Shown in pieces: positions 42,201-54,654 of a stretch of 64,000 nucleotides of DNA (positions are counted from its first letter, which is position 1; each line of letters begins with the position of its first letter). The translations under genes were made by a program, and so were the position numbers. The notes below the pieces were generated by a model, which saw nothing but the letters and a program-made list of their open reading frames with translations, had not been told where the DNA came from and made no database searches. The stretch lies in contig OZ287067.1 of NCBI GenBank assembly GCA_965645245.1, forward strand, positions 1,302,001 to 1,366,000. The letters run 5' to 3'. The DNA is from Massalongia carnosa. Its lineage: Eukaryota.

Positions 42201-42366
42201 GCTGACAGACGATAGAGAACCTAAAGTCATGCCAAAGCAGGCTTTCTTGGAGAAGGCCATTTCCGAGAAGGACGTCTCCGAGAAGGCCGTTTCCGAGAAG
42301 GCCGTCTTAGAAATCTCCTCTGGAATATCCTCAGGCGAGAAGGGTTTGTCAGGTCAAAACAGCTGA
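39254..42366 (+). pseudogene. Large (roughly 900-1000 codon) cargo gene of unknown function, disrupted
   Basis: Consecutive same-strand ORF fragments broken by stops (40558, 40696, 41189) and frameshifts; acidic stretch 41630-41790; 15-bp EKAxS repeats at 42250-42310. Confidence 0.6.
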
Positions 42367-44043
42367 GTTTTGCCGACACTCTCCATCATAAATTCGGTGC
42401 TTGATGCTATCCCATTCAAACTTGTATGAAAGAACTGAGACTAATTTATTTGTTGCGTCAGGCTGCCCTTTCTCCTCCATAGTCGCTTGGTACGTTGTGT
42501 TCTCTGCGCATATTGCAATTCAAGCTAACAGTCTTATTCTTCAGGTCCTCAAGGCACGTCTCTTGTCTGCCTTGTTTCATCGGTTTCATACATGTTGTGA
42601 GAGGAGGTACGGGAATGACTCGATGGAGCCATTCAAGACTAGATCGTGCGAGACAGCAACGAGAACAGGAAACATGGCATGAGGATGATAGCATTCATAG
42701 AGCTGTAAATTAGAAGCTGTCACTAAATTAATAACTTGTTTTCCTAATCATCATTTGGGCGAATACAGCATGTGAACTCGAATACAACTCAGCTGTAACG
42801 AGGTTGCATGGACGTGATATCTCTTTTATAGGATTGTTTTCTGATCGTTTTATCCGGAACACGATCTTGAAGGTCTTGAGATCTTTTCAAAACTGAGACG
42901 ATCTTCAAATCATTGTCAGATGCTCTTTAATGCAAAGCACTGTTCATACCAATATGAATGTTCACTAAGATATATCCTTTTCAAGACTATCGTATTTTCC
43001 AAATGATATCAGACTCTATATGATCTGCAGATATTTCTCACCAAATAGAAGCAGAATTTTAAGCTATATTACACGTGCAGGACAATGTTGAATCATCTCA
43101 ATCAGCAAAGCGCTCAAAAAAACATAAAAACCGGGAACCTTCCGGTGTACCTAGTTTAGCGAAGACATGTCCGGGATCTTGAGACCATTCCAAGACCATG
43201 TCCGAAAACTCCCAACCGCCCTTAAGGTAACTTAGAGTTTTCATTCATGGGTCAAGATAGATAGGTATGTCATCTCGCGCTAGATACCCAGGTACATAAA
43301 ACATAGCCCCCCCCTTTTGCCTACGACAGAATGACTGGTTGATTAACATGAGTACCCTGTAGACAAACCTCAACCCCGAAACAGAATACATAATTATAAT
43401 CACTCCGATTGAATGACATTGAATAAGTGATCGAGTGATAGATAAAGCAGATGCTCCGCGATAGATGACTACAAATAGCTAACTTAGGTAGATATCCATT
43501 CCATCATTATCGCATAGTTTTTTTAAAAGAAAAATTTTAAATATAAAAAGGTTAAAGATTTTGAAAGAGTGTTTGACGATCGAATTAGTTATTGTCGAGA
43601 TGTTTTCTCGTTGATTCATTGCTTGCATGATCATAATGATATCGACGACGAAATCTAATTAGATCTTTCTCGTTTTCGAGTTCATTTGTCTTTTGTTTGG
43701 CCGCAAAAATTCACGGAGAGAATAGTGGCTTTTCTTTTTTTGGGGATATTTCGTTGTGTAATAGATAGTAATTGCAGCAGCTCGTATGAGTCTAGCTTTA
43801 GCTCGTATTATATTGAAGAATGAGCAATCATCATTAGCACCATCATCATCATCTATCAGCAATCTCGCATAGAAAGACACAACCGATATAAAATAGTATT
43901 TCGAGAGAGTTTTGCGATGACTCGTCAAGTATTTCCATCTTGGTGACATATGGTTAAGTTTGTGATGAGAATAGAAGACTCGTTAATGCCTTGTCGAGGC
44001 GTCCTTGGGTTTGTAAGAAAAAGTAAGGTTCGTTGATTTTGCA

Positions 44044-45736
44044 TTAAGACATCCTCGGGCAATTTAGTTCCAAGGTCTTTGCCTCCTTATCATCAGTCGC
44101 TGGAACCATTCTCTTGGGCTTCCGAGACGACCTTCTGGGAGAGCGCGCCGCTCCCCCGGAGGAAGAGGAACGGTTTGTCTTGGAAGTCTGTTTCACCACA
44201 GGTCCAAGCAGAGAAATGGGGCATGGGAGACAGACACCACGTAGATCTGCCAGGTAGCAATATTTAAGTTGCCAGCGGGATAATTCTGAAGCGCCTAAGC
44301 TTTTCTCGCCCATCTCGTACGGATTGGTGGACAACATCCATGAGGCCCATTTCGTTACGACTTTTACCGCGTGCTTATGAGGGATCTCAAACCACTCCTT
44401 GTGACTCTTCCAACAGCCCATACATTGCGGTTCTTTTTTGCGGTAGTCATAAAGCTCGGCATGGATCAACTGTTCCACACGATAAACATGCGGCATTGGC
44501 TTTGTTATTGACATTTGTTTCATGAAAATTTTATGCTTGCACTTTCTTTCCCACTCCCTAAACCGTTGACGGGCCGTATGCCCAGTGTATCCGATTTTCA
44601 ACAGACCGAAGTTTCCTCGAACCCAGTAGATGTAAATGGAACCGTATACAAGATCACGTGACCCGAAGCCCTTGGTGATTTCTGTCTCGATCGTTGTTTC
44701 GTGTTGAGCTTGCTGGACTTTGTGGTACGATATGGCACGAGGTCCCGAAGCTTCGCTATATCTGGATTATTGAGCGTCCACTCGTGGTCAACAGGGATCT
44801 CTTGCCAGACCTTGTTATCTGCCATGATTTTTGAATGGCTGCATTGTTGATCATTCATGGGTTTTACCATGTTGCCAATATAGTAGGATGGGATATTTTC
44901 TTTTTCCTTGCGCTGTAATGAATCTGCTTGAGAGACCACTCCTGCTTGGGCGGAAAGCTTGTCGTCTTGAGCTGAACCAGCAAAGACCATGAGCCACATT
45001 TTCCGCTTCTTCTCGAACCCCTTTCTGTGAGATGCTCTACATAAAAGAGACGTTATGAGCAAAGCAAGTTGCAGCAGCCATTGGGCTGGCTCCTGCCCAG
45101 TTGATTCCACAAGGCCACGGAGAAACTTTCGTGCCGTTTGCCTTTCCCCAACTGAGGCTTTTATTGTGTTTTCGCATCGAAGGCCTTTGGCCTTTGTTGA
45201 AGCAATGCAGACAAGGCTGTCACTATCGAGAACAAGCTTGAGTTTAGTAAAGCCCTCAGAAAGGTTTCTTTGTACGATCGACTTCTCATTTTCTTGCTGA
45301 ACCTGCTTTGCTTCAAGTATAGCTCGAACCATGGTAAATTTAGCTAAGGTAGTGCGGATTTCAGATCTGATATTTTCGATCTCAGCTTTTCTAGTTTCGA
45401 TTTGAGCCCTTGTTATTTCAAACGTAGCCTGATAATTATTGATCTTGGTTCCTGGCGCATCGGTCGGAGACAAAAGCATTTTTAATGTAGGCTTCGAGCC
45501 TTCCGAGGCTCCAGGAATTGAAAGGTTTTCTTGGAAGCCTAGCGATTCGAGTTTGGAACATAGGACTTCCAGTTCATGTTTTTTTTTGGACTAGACCTAT
45601 CATCTGCTGTTTGCTTGGTAATGTGGCCCAATCGCCCGCATCTAGACGGGATGGGGTTGATAGGGATATCATGAGCGCTTTCATGTTTGAAAGGTGCTGA
45701 TTCAGCTTCTCCATCTTTCTTGTTCGTGTGTACCAA
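44044..45736 (-). pseudogene. T5orf172/MUG113 (GIY-YIG-like) domain protein with frameshifts
   Basis: GSIYIYW...LLKIGYT...RFREWERKC...RVEQLIHAEL...CMGCWKSHKEWFE; frameshift near 44700; upstream CIASTKAKGLRC...CRASH motif. Confidence 0.75.
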
Positions 45737-47232
45737 GGTAGAACTGTGGGGGTACTTTGATGCAGAGCAGCAGCTTGAGAATTCGGGCGTTAGATCACAA
45801 GCAGTTGACCGCCCGTTAACAGTTTCTTTATCTGGGAGAAATCATTAAAAAATGGTCATTAAAATCTTGGTAACGTGGCAACGCCAATGATCAGGAGAAT
45901 TCTTCGCGTCTAAAGATTCTCGGTGTATCAAGGTGACTCTATTGAATTTTAAGCCATGAGAGGCTTTACCTACCTGCGCCTGTATTCGGATTATTCATAT
46001 TCCTGATCTCTGTATCTGGCGGGACTTGACATGTTAGCTTACATCGTTTTCGAGATATTCATAGAACAGTGTTTGATTTAGGATTGCATACACAACAAAG
46101 AGCGGTTCCAGGGACTATTGTTGGTGTTGAGGTGAGAGGTAAATATAGAGCCGGCCTGGCCCTTCGTGGTTTGCGAATTCCTGGGACCCATGGAGTAGAA
46201 TGCGAAATGCCAGTACCAGCAATGAGAGCGAAAGGGTGAAAACAGATGTAGAACTGAGGAGACCAAGAACAAGATAGGGCGCCTTGCACTTCGTAAAGAG
46301 ATGAGGAATCAGGGGGAACCAAAATAGCCACAAGAGGACCCTGTAAACGAGCAATAATGGCAATAAAGAATTCCTTTCCGATCCAGATCTCGCCGTTCAC
46401 CCAAAAGATTTTGAACGTAGACTGATTTCTTGAGCAAAGAACTTCCCCATGGTCTTTTTTACTCGCACCCGAATTCCAGGGTTGCCGCTGCTTTATGGCT
46501 GTAGCGAACCAGCCAGGCACCCAGAGACGGCAGAGCTTCGTCTCATTTGACTCAAGGATACCTGTTGCTGCGCCTCTCTGTTACCTGTTGCCCCTCATCC
46601 TGGCAAGACGGCCTTTCTTCAAGCTTCCTCTCTCAGCTCAAAGGGTCTTCGTTAGCATGGCTGCATGGAAATTTTTCTTGTGAGAACGGCGCTTTATGGT
46701 ATGTTGCTGTTGGCTACCTCGGCGAATCCGAAGTTGCCTAACTCTCATGCAGATACTGAAACGACAAAAGGCTCGAGGCCCTCACTGCCTCTAGATGATG
46801 CACTGCTGCAACACAGGCCAGCTGATGAGGAAATTTATTATACAGGTTCCCTTCAATACCCATCATCATTTTTCGAATCGAATGAAATCACATGATAGAA
46901 GTGTATAATATAATGTTTTAAAATTTTGAAAGAATGAAACGTGAAATCGTAGAAAATGTCGTTCGGATTAGTTGGAAGATTCAAGTTAGCTTGATCAGGT
47001 GACATAGTTACGGGCTGAGTTCAGAGTATCTATCATACAATGTGTTCCAATACCTCCTCTCCCTATAGCCCCTTGCCTTTATGGAATGTTGAATGTGGCT
47101 CAGACAGGTACGTAGCATTGATTGACGCTCATCAGTATCAATCATATGATGTGACCTCGAAAGCTGCGCCTTGAACTTCTCATTCTCTAATTATCACCAC
47201 ACGGGACGGTTCTTCCTTTCTCGATTTCTGAT

Positions 47233-48096
47233 ATGGATCCTTCCCAACGTACCTCTGGCGCTCTACTGGGTATTTTCCCTTTTTCTAGCCCGTCATCAAA
47301 AGCTTTGGAGGTGCCCCTCCACCTTCTCGTATTGGATCAGCTAAGGATCGTTACAGATCGCGCAGGAGCTGATGTTGCGCAATTGCTCCGTCGGTTTGAA
47401 AATATCATCGCATTTGCGCCGGTAAGACAATTAAATATAAATCTATAATTTTTCTGTTAACTTGACTTCATATGCATGTCATCATTGTATGCTGTAGAGG
47501 CAGGAAGGAGCTGCTGAGAAATTCTTGTTCATGTTTCGACCTTGCGTTGCAAGATATTGAGAAAGAATCCAAAGGAACGCCTTTCAAGGGGCTGTTGTTA
47601 GGAACATTAGTGAGACGAGTATTGATGGAAATCCTCTAGGTTGACGACCAAGAGCGTCATGCCACGGCTGTAGCCGCCTACCAGATGGAGCTTGAGACGG
47701 CGGCATTGGTATGTTGGCATCATCTTCTGTTCCAATCTCTCTGGCCCTAAAATGCTATGAGTGAGGACTCATCATCCCTATCTTGTTTTCTATCTCCTAA
47801 CAGGGAGCTCTTTCTCTCTATCCAAGATCCGCTTACACCACGAAACCCTTCAGATCACCTCTTTAACCACTCCTTTCCCCCCCCACATGAACAGAAACTG
47901 ACCCCAAAACCTATACACTTCCCCCCAGGTCCGAGCAGCCGAAGACATCCTCTCCCTAACGCGCATATTAAAGGAATCATGGTTGTTTGGAAAGCTGCAA
48001 ACGGTGGGAACGAGCGAGGCGGAGAGGAAAACGGAGGCGAGTGCCATCGCGGTTGCGCAGGAATTGAAAAGGTTGGGATTTATTAGGGAGGAATGA
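47233..48096 (+). CDS. MED22: Mediator subunit Med22 (Srb6), 4 exons
   Basis: Spliced product MDPSQRTSGALL-DRAGADVAQLLRRFENIIAFAP-VDDQERHATAVAAYQMELETAAL-VRAAEDILSLTRILKESWLFGKL; not visible as one ORF in the track. Confidence 0.85.
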
Positions 48097-48329
48097 TGGG
48101 AGGGTATTTAACGGTTTAGAATACGAAGGAGACCAGGAAGGATCCTTTTTAGATAAAATAGAACTGGTTTTTCTATAATGTAGTTACATGATAACTGGCT
48201 CTCATTAATCCCCAACCATATATTAGACGAAGGCTGGATACAGAGTACACAATTTTCCAACCCCGCCATCGACGTTGGGCCCCCCCTTTCTAAACTTCCA
48301 ATAACAGAGTCCACCTTCAAGACCCCCAA

Positions 48330-49211
48330 ATGTCTTCATCCTCCCCAAATATCTCACTCCTGTCCCCCCTCCCCCCACTAACCCTCATCCTCGCCACAAC
48401 TCCTACCCTTGGTCTCGGCTTCCGCGGCATCCTTCCCTGGCCGCTTCTAAAACCTGACCTCGCCTTCTTCGCTCGCGTCACCAAGCGCCCTCCCCCTCCC
48501 TCCAGCTTCCATTCCCCACCCTTAACATCCGCCAGCCCGCCAAACTATCAACCCCAAGAATACCCCCCGAAAACCATCAACGCCGTACTTATGGGGCGCA
48601 AAACATGGCTCAGCATTCCACCTTCCAAGCGGCCCCTGCGCGACCGTATCAACGTTGTCCTCTCTCGCCAGCCGGAGTCGTTGGCTGCGGAGGAGCTGCG
48701 AGATGGAGGTAAAGGGAATAGGGTGCTAGTGGCGGGGGGCATTGAGGAGGGGTTGAGGCGGCTGCATCGCGCTTTTCCGCCGCTAGCGGTGGGCGCTGCA
48801 GGCGCTGATGCTAGTACTAGGAGCGCAAATGTTGAAGGGGGAGGCGAAGAGAGGGGGAAAGAAGAGAGTAAAAAACCAGTGCGACTAGGCCGGGTGTTCG
48901 TCATCGGCGGCGCGGAGATCTACGCCACCGCGCTGGAAATGGACTGTTGCGAGCGCGTGCTCTGGACGCGGCTGGAGCGGGAGTGGGAATGTGATGTTTG
49001 GTTTCCGGGTGGGGTTCTAGTGGATGATGGAGGGAAAGGAGGCCGGGGAGAGAGGGGCGGATGGGTGCGGAGGGGAAGGGAGGAGTTGGAGGCGTGGTGT
49101 GGGGAGGCGGGAGCAGGGGAGAGGAGGGAGGATGGGGGCGTGGGGTGGAGGGTCGAGATGTGGGAGCGAGAGCGGAGTGGAGCTAATGATAGAAAGGGGG
49201 AAGGGGGGTGA
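48330..49211 (+). CDS. DFR1: Dihydrofolate reductase
   Basis: LGLGFRGILPWP, DLAFFARVT, NAVLMGRKTW, RPLRDRINVVLSR, VFVIGGAEIY, CDVWFP. Confidence 0.95.
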   Translation: MSSSSPNISLLSPLPPLTLILATTPTLGLGFRGILPWPLLKPDLAFFARVTKRPPPPSSFHSPPLTSASPPNYQPQEYPPKTINAVLMGRKTWLSIPPSKRPLRDRINVVLSRQPESLAAEELRDGGKGNRVLVAGGIEEGLRRLHRAFPPLAVGAAGADASTRSANVEGGGEERGKEESKKPVRLGRVFVIGGAEIYATALEMDCCERVLWTRLEREWECDVWFPGGVLVDDGGKGGRGERGGWVRRGREELEAWCGEAGAGERREDGGVGWRVEMWERERSGANDRKGEGG

Positions 49212-50549
49212 AGAGGATATATGCTTGTTTATATCTCCTGCAGGACGACGCCCTCTTCCCCCTCCCTTACTCATCTCCGAGTCGCATCGTCAATCCACCC
49301 AGTTATCGCCTCTAATATGCAACCTTTCTGTACATACGCGGTCCACGTGCTGGAAAGGCCTAGAGAAAGAGAGACAGAAGGGTGGCGACAAGCACCTACT
49401 CAACTCATTACCCTCTTACACACCAGCTAAAGGGTTCTGTTCATCATAGCAAGCGACAGCGACAGCGACAGCAACTCCTCTCACTCCAAACGCTCTTTTT
49501 CGCCCTCTTACCCCCTGACTAATAACTCACCATCAACGCTATTTACCACCAGTATCTCCACCGCCGCCGTGGCGGCGAACATTGGGGCTGTAGGGCCCGG
49601 GGCGCGCAAGGTGGGGGAGTTGGGGGTTTAGGTAGGATGGGATGGGAGTGAATTCCATACTCCCTTTGCCTTTTTAATGATTATAGGGGGGATATGGGGG
49701 GAATAAACTGTTATATAATGTATCGGGAGATGTGGGGGGGTGGAGAGAAGGAGAAGGAGGAGAAGGTGGAGTGGGAACAGATTTTATGATTGGAGCCGGT
49801 TGGGTTGATTTAATTAAACCAGACAGTCACCATCCAGGTCCATATCAAGCATTTGGTACCAGGTGTTGGATATCGCACCCATACCTAGAGGTATGGATAT
49901 AGACGTAGCATGTTCATATACATAGGTATAGGCACATGCATTGAACACCATAGCATAGCACAACTATCCAGCCCAGCAACCGTACCTTACCAACCTGAGA
50001 ACATACCTCCCTCCCTCTCCGACTTTACTCAGCTTACCAATCCTACCTCCCTTTACCAAATCAATTAACCGCTAGAAAAAAAGAAAAAAAAGCTGCAAGC
50101 GAGGAGAGGAAATGAGAAGGGAAACATAGATTGGATAGGTATATAGCTGGTTCGGTTCGGTTCGATTAGGGAGGGAGGAAGAGGAAGTGGAGGAAGGGAG
50201 GAGAAGGGGAGGAGACAAGAGGAAAGCAAAGGAAAGACAGGCAGGTAGGTAGGTGGCCAAGTACGCAGTGATGGAGATATGGATAGAATGATTGGAAGAG
50301 AAAAATAATCTTGATGCTACGCCACGGTATGCGTTTCGGGCTGGGGGTGGCTTCAAAGGGAGCGGATAGCGGGGAGAAGAAGGAGATACTGAGATGTTTT
50401 CTGACAGGAGCATATACTCGAAAGCGCAGGTAAATAGTTAGATGAACATAACTACCCCATCTCTTAGAATTTTCTTATCTCCCCCCACCTCTACCACATC
50501 CTTCCCCTTCCCCCCCGCATATATGTAGACCACCCCCCCTCATCCTGGA

Positions 50550-53213
50550 TTACTGTTTTCCATCGAAGAGGTCTTTCTCGATCATAGCCCTACAAATCGG
50601 ATGATAGAAGTCGCGATTCTTCGCGAATATCTTCTCTGCGAACTTACGGTCTACGACGATGAGTTCGCAGTACCTGCGTAGTCGTTAGAAAAGAACGGAG
50701 GGTGTGAGGGTTTGGGTCTTCTTTTCTCTTTGGGGGAGGGTTGGAGAAAGGGGGTTGACTCCTTTATTACTAAAGAATGCTAAAAGCAAGACTTACAAAG
50801 GTCTCACAAACTTCATCCTTCCCACCTTCCCGAGCAGTTCCGCAGTTGGCCCATAAAAATCTTCATCCCGGGCCCTAAGCCCAATGGCAAGAAAGCGGCT
50901 TAGAATCTCAACATTCTTGCTAGCTAAAAACCCATATTCAGTGCTCATGGTTCTAGTGTCAGATTTCGTCAGCGGGGAGCGAAACTCTTGTACTCGCTCA
51001 AGGAACACGACGATTTGATTCGCAGTCCAACCGTTGAGGTCTGAAGCTTTGGGTTCGAAATGCTCTGCAGCCTCGATGGAGGAATGAATAGAAGAAGACC
51101 GCGATTCCCATTTTGCGGCCAGGGCATAGCAAATGTTTACGAGGGAGGTGTCGAAATCGGGTTTGGGGGGAAGACCAGGGGCGTTAAACCAGGCGTTCCA
51201 GTCCAGGGACTGAAGAGCTGAGTTAGCGTCCGGGTCGGAAGAAAAGAAGTCTATGGCGGAGGCTTTAAATTCGTAAGAGTCGAGAGATTTTCGGGCAAAA
51301 GTTTTGAAATACTGGGTGATAGGTTAGCTTGAAGAGAGAGAAAGGGTTAAGGAGGGGGGGTGATAAACGTTAAGGGAAGCAAAATGAACTTACATGAGGA
51401 ATAAATTTATCCCATTTCTCCTTGCCAATTATTTTTTCTAAATGATATAGAAATGTGAAGCCCTTCTCATAAGGAACGCTGGAGAAGGCGTCACTAGGAT
51501 CTTTCCCTTCAAGGTTGATGACTAGTTTCGTGAACTCATGCATCTCGCCGAAGTGAGCGACAGAGTCCGAAAGAGCTTTCCAACCAATGATGGCGGAGAA
51601 GTCGCGATAGGGTTCGCCGTGTCTATTGGGACCTGCTTCTCAGATGTGGGGTATTTGTTGTATTTCTAAAAGAGATGACCTACATTACTGCTAGTATCTA
51701 TCACAAGTTTCGTTGATCAGCATTATAAAGATTGGGTCTCTGACTTGAATGGCTTACTCGGCGCTCAAGATACACGGTCCAGCCCTCGTTCAGCCAAAAA
51801 TGCTCCCAGGATGCGTTGCTGACGAGGTTGCCGCTCCAACTATGAGCGAGCTCGTGGGCGATCACGCCCACATTTTCACGGTCCTGTTTTGGAAGTACTA
51901 TAATTAGAACTCGATAGAAAGCTCTCAGAATATAACTATTTAATGAATATAGGAGAACAGGGACTCAATGAGGTCACAATTTTAAATATTAAATAGCAAA
52001 CAAGCGATAAGTTGACGGTTTTTTGAGTGAATTCAACATCAAAAGCTCAAAATTGCGAGTAAAGCTCGTTTCCTCTTTACAAAACTTATGCCGTCCCTAA
52101 AAAAATGGGTTGATATTAACTTACACCGGAGATGATTGTCGGTGTGGCGAACGAGAATACTGGATTCTCCATTCCGCCATATGGGAAGCTTGGTGGTAGT
52201 ATGAGAACGTTGTAGGTTGTCCATGCATAGGGGTAAATTAACTCCTGTTATTGGGAAGGTTAAACTAGCGAGGAATATATTGCCCCTTCGAGAACTAACC
52301 TCTGCAGCTTGAATGAACCGCTCAGTATCTGCTTCGAGTTCCCATTTCGACGCTTGAATCTCATCCGGACTCGCAGCCACTATGCTTCGTGGCCCAATGG
52401 AAGCAGTAGCAATATCCCTATTTTTGTAAATATTTGGAATCCAACGATGAGAAATACCATGCAAAGTCTCACCCACTAGCGATGGCAAACAAGTAGCTTG
52501 GAATAGGGATGTCCTGCTTGAACGTATACAATAAAGATCCAGGTGCACCGGCCTTTCCTGGCTGAAAATCAGTGGTCCCCGCGGATAGACCACTAGCGAT
52601 GACAGGTAGAGGAGATCTAAGGTTTAACTCATAGGTCGACTTAATGTCTGGAGTATCTTGACATGGAAATACTGATCTTGCGTGAATCGCTTCGCATTGG
52701 GAGACTATCAAGATGAGTTCTGGGACTTTATCAAAGGGGGGGGTTCGCCCACAGATGAATGGATGTCTCTTGTTCGACGTCTGAGCTGATGTAAGCCATT
52801 GAAGAGCGGTACATTTTTCTGTAGTCTGCAATTTAATCTGTACCATGGTCAAAAATCCATTTTGGTAATAGATTTTTCGCTCTACTGACATCAATCTCAA
52901 CAAACTCGGTTTCTCTCACTGCCTTGTCAAGACGAATCTTCAAAGCACTACCGAGCGGCTCAGATCTAGGCAGCAAATCCCATTTCAGAGCATGACTGTC
53001 AATTCGCACATCCTGAATGTCGAGATAACTCGTGTCAAGCACAACCTCCTGACATGCCTTGTTGACGGCCTTGAGCTTCAAGAGCACATTTCCAACAAGG
53101 TTTTTCTTTCCAAAATCAATGGAAAAATTGGCTATTGTATGGATTGTAATGAACTCGTGGTAGTTCGATAAGGTATTGGGATCACGAAGATGATTTGGCG
53201 TCGTCGACGTCAT
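50550..53213 (-). CDS. LAP2: Leukotriene A4 hydrolase-like M1 aminopeptidase, multi-exon
   Basis: [41 protein letters not shown]...LNEGW zinc motif, GRMKFVRP. Confidence 0.95.
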
Positions 53214-53599
53214 TCTGCGAGATTTTGCAAAAATGAAACAATTGGGAAACGATTGGGCGAGTCGTGCTTGGGGCAGTCGAGGACGAACGGCAAGATGCAT
53301 CAAGGTACCATACGGTCTGGTATAGGTACAACTCATCAGCAATACTCAAAGTCAAGGATACTGTTCTTAGGATTTTTGAACGGCAGATATGTTTTCTACA
53401 TGTATCTATTTTTCTACACATTTGTAAAAACCATTTTTCATTCACGAATTATCTCCTATACTTCTTCACAGTTTCAATCTTCCTCAAAGTCTTGGGTTAT
53501 ATTCGGACGGTTTCAATTCATGTTGAGCTTGGGAAGCTCGGCGGAAGTTAGAATGCTCTCCTCGACGGACTCAGCATTCATGCGATGAAAATTGGCGTT

Positions 53600-54654
53600 T
53601 CAAAAAGAATCATGCTGCGCTGGTTTGGGCGCTTTACCCCAATTCTGTCTCTGGTCTACTTTTGATGAATTGCCCCCTTTCGCATACGCCACGCGAACCT
53701 TGACACCCCATGCAAGTTTTCCATTCACGGCTTTACGTGCTCGCTCAGTCTCCTCAGCGGTTGGAAAGTCCACGAAAAGATAGCGATTGTTATGCCCAAG
53801 ATCATGTGGGACAATGACCTTGCTCACAGCATCACTTTCAAGCCGTCAGTTTTCTAACACTGCCATGAACTCAAAAGGTTAGCAGCACAACCTACATAGT
53901 AAAGCCGTGGAAAAGATTGCGGACATCTGCATCCACAGAGTAATGATCATCCATTTGTGGCAAGCCACCAATGTAAAGTCGGCGTTTTTGCTCAGCGTAG
54001 CCTCTCAAGTGATCTTCTGCGTCTGTTCTAACCCATCTGTCAAATGTCGGTTGAGCACGCTGTCTGAATGGTCGTTCTGGGCGTCCGCTACGAGCCGCTG
54101 GAGGCTTTCTTCCGGAAGCAACCCCAAGTCCCAGCTTCACCGGACGGCCAAGTATGTTCTTACCATTTAAAAGTCGAATTGCTAATTCTGCCTGCTCTTC
54201 GGTTTCAAGCTCCACGAAACAATATGACGGATTACGTCCGGTAAAAGGGTCGATTGACATATTGATATGTTCGCTTTTAACTTAATGTCAGATCTCCGAC
54301 TTACCCACATGAATTGGTAAGATACCTCAAAGACACTCACATGAGATAATCACCGTTCGCGAATAAGTTTTCCACATCTTCTTTCTTGGCTATATAAGGC
54401 ATATTGCCAACATAGACGCGCCTTCTCTCGTCTATCGCTTGCAACGTACGAGGATCGTCCTCGCCTCTAAGACTCCTTGTGAAGCGCGGGGTATCAACTT
54501 GCCGCGATCCTGCACTTTCTACATTATTTATACAGCCACTCTGCTTTTTGTTACCTGGAACCCGATTTGAACGTTCGGATCCTGGACTACTGGATCTTCG
54601 AGGGTTGACGGACTTCTCTCGCCAGCTGCCTGAGAGATCAGAACGACTAGCCAT
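53600..54654 (-). CDS. RNA-binding protein with multiple RRM domains
   Basis: RVYVGNMP, NPSYCFVEL, RLYIGGLP, YLFVDF RNP motifs; introns at about 54275-54340 and 53837-53895. Confidence 0.85.

Larger units (their letters stand above)
32975..43228. mobile_element. 10.25-kb TIR DNA transposon with CMC/Plavaka-like transposase and two cargo genes, decayed
   Basis: Left end ACCTTAAGGGCGGTTGGGGGTATTCGGACATGGCCTTGAGATGGTCTCAAGAT matches the reverse complement of the right end (43176-43228); AACT on both flanks (32971-74, 43229-32); subterminal TCTCAAGA repeats. Confidence 0.85.

Noticed and set aside
32978..43225. TTAA TSD implying piggyBac or Kolobok
   Set aside because: Inverted symmetry extends outside TTAA (TACC...GGTA) and the transposase motifs look CMC-like; needs more copies to exclude fully
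32975..43228. Starship giant element
   Set aside because: No DUF3435 tyrosine-recombinase-like ORF is recognisable; the element has symmetric TIRs and a DDE-type enzyme
46059..46895. Short overlapping ORFs, one with a signal-peptide-like start
   Set aside because: No recognisable domain or consistent splice model
49400..50500. Low-complexity ORFs and simple repeats between DFR1 and LAP2
   Set aside because: Purine/pyrimidine-biased intergenic or UTR sequence without coding motifs
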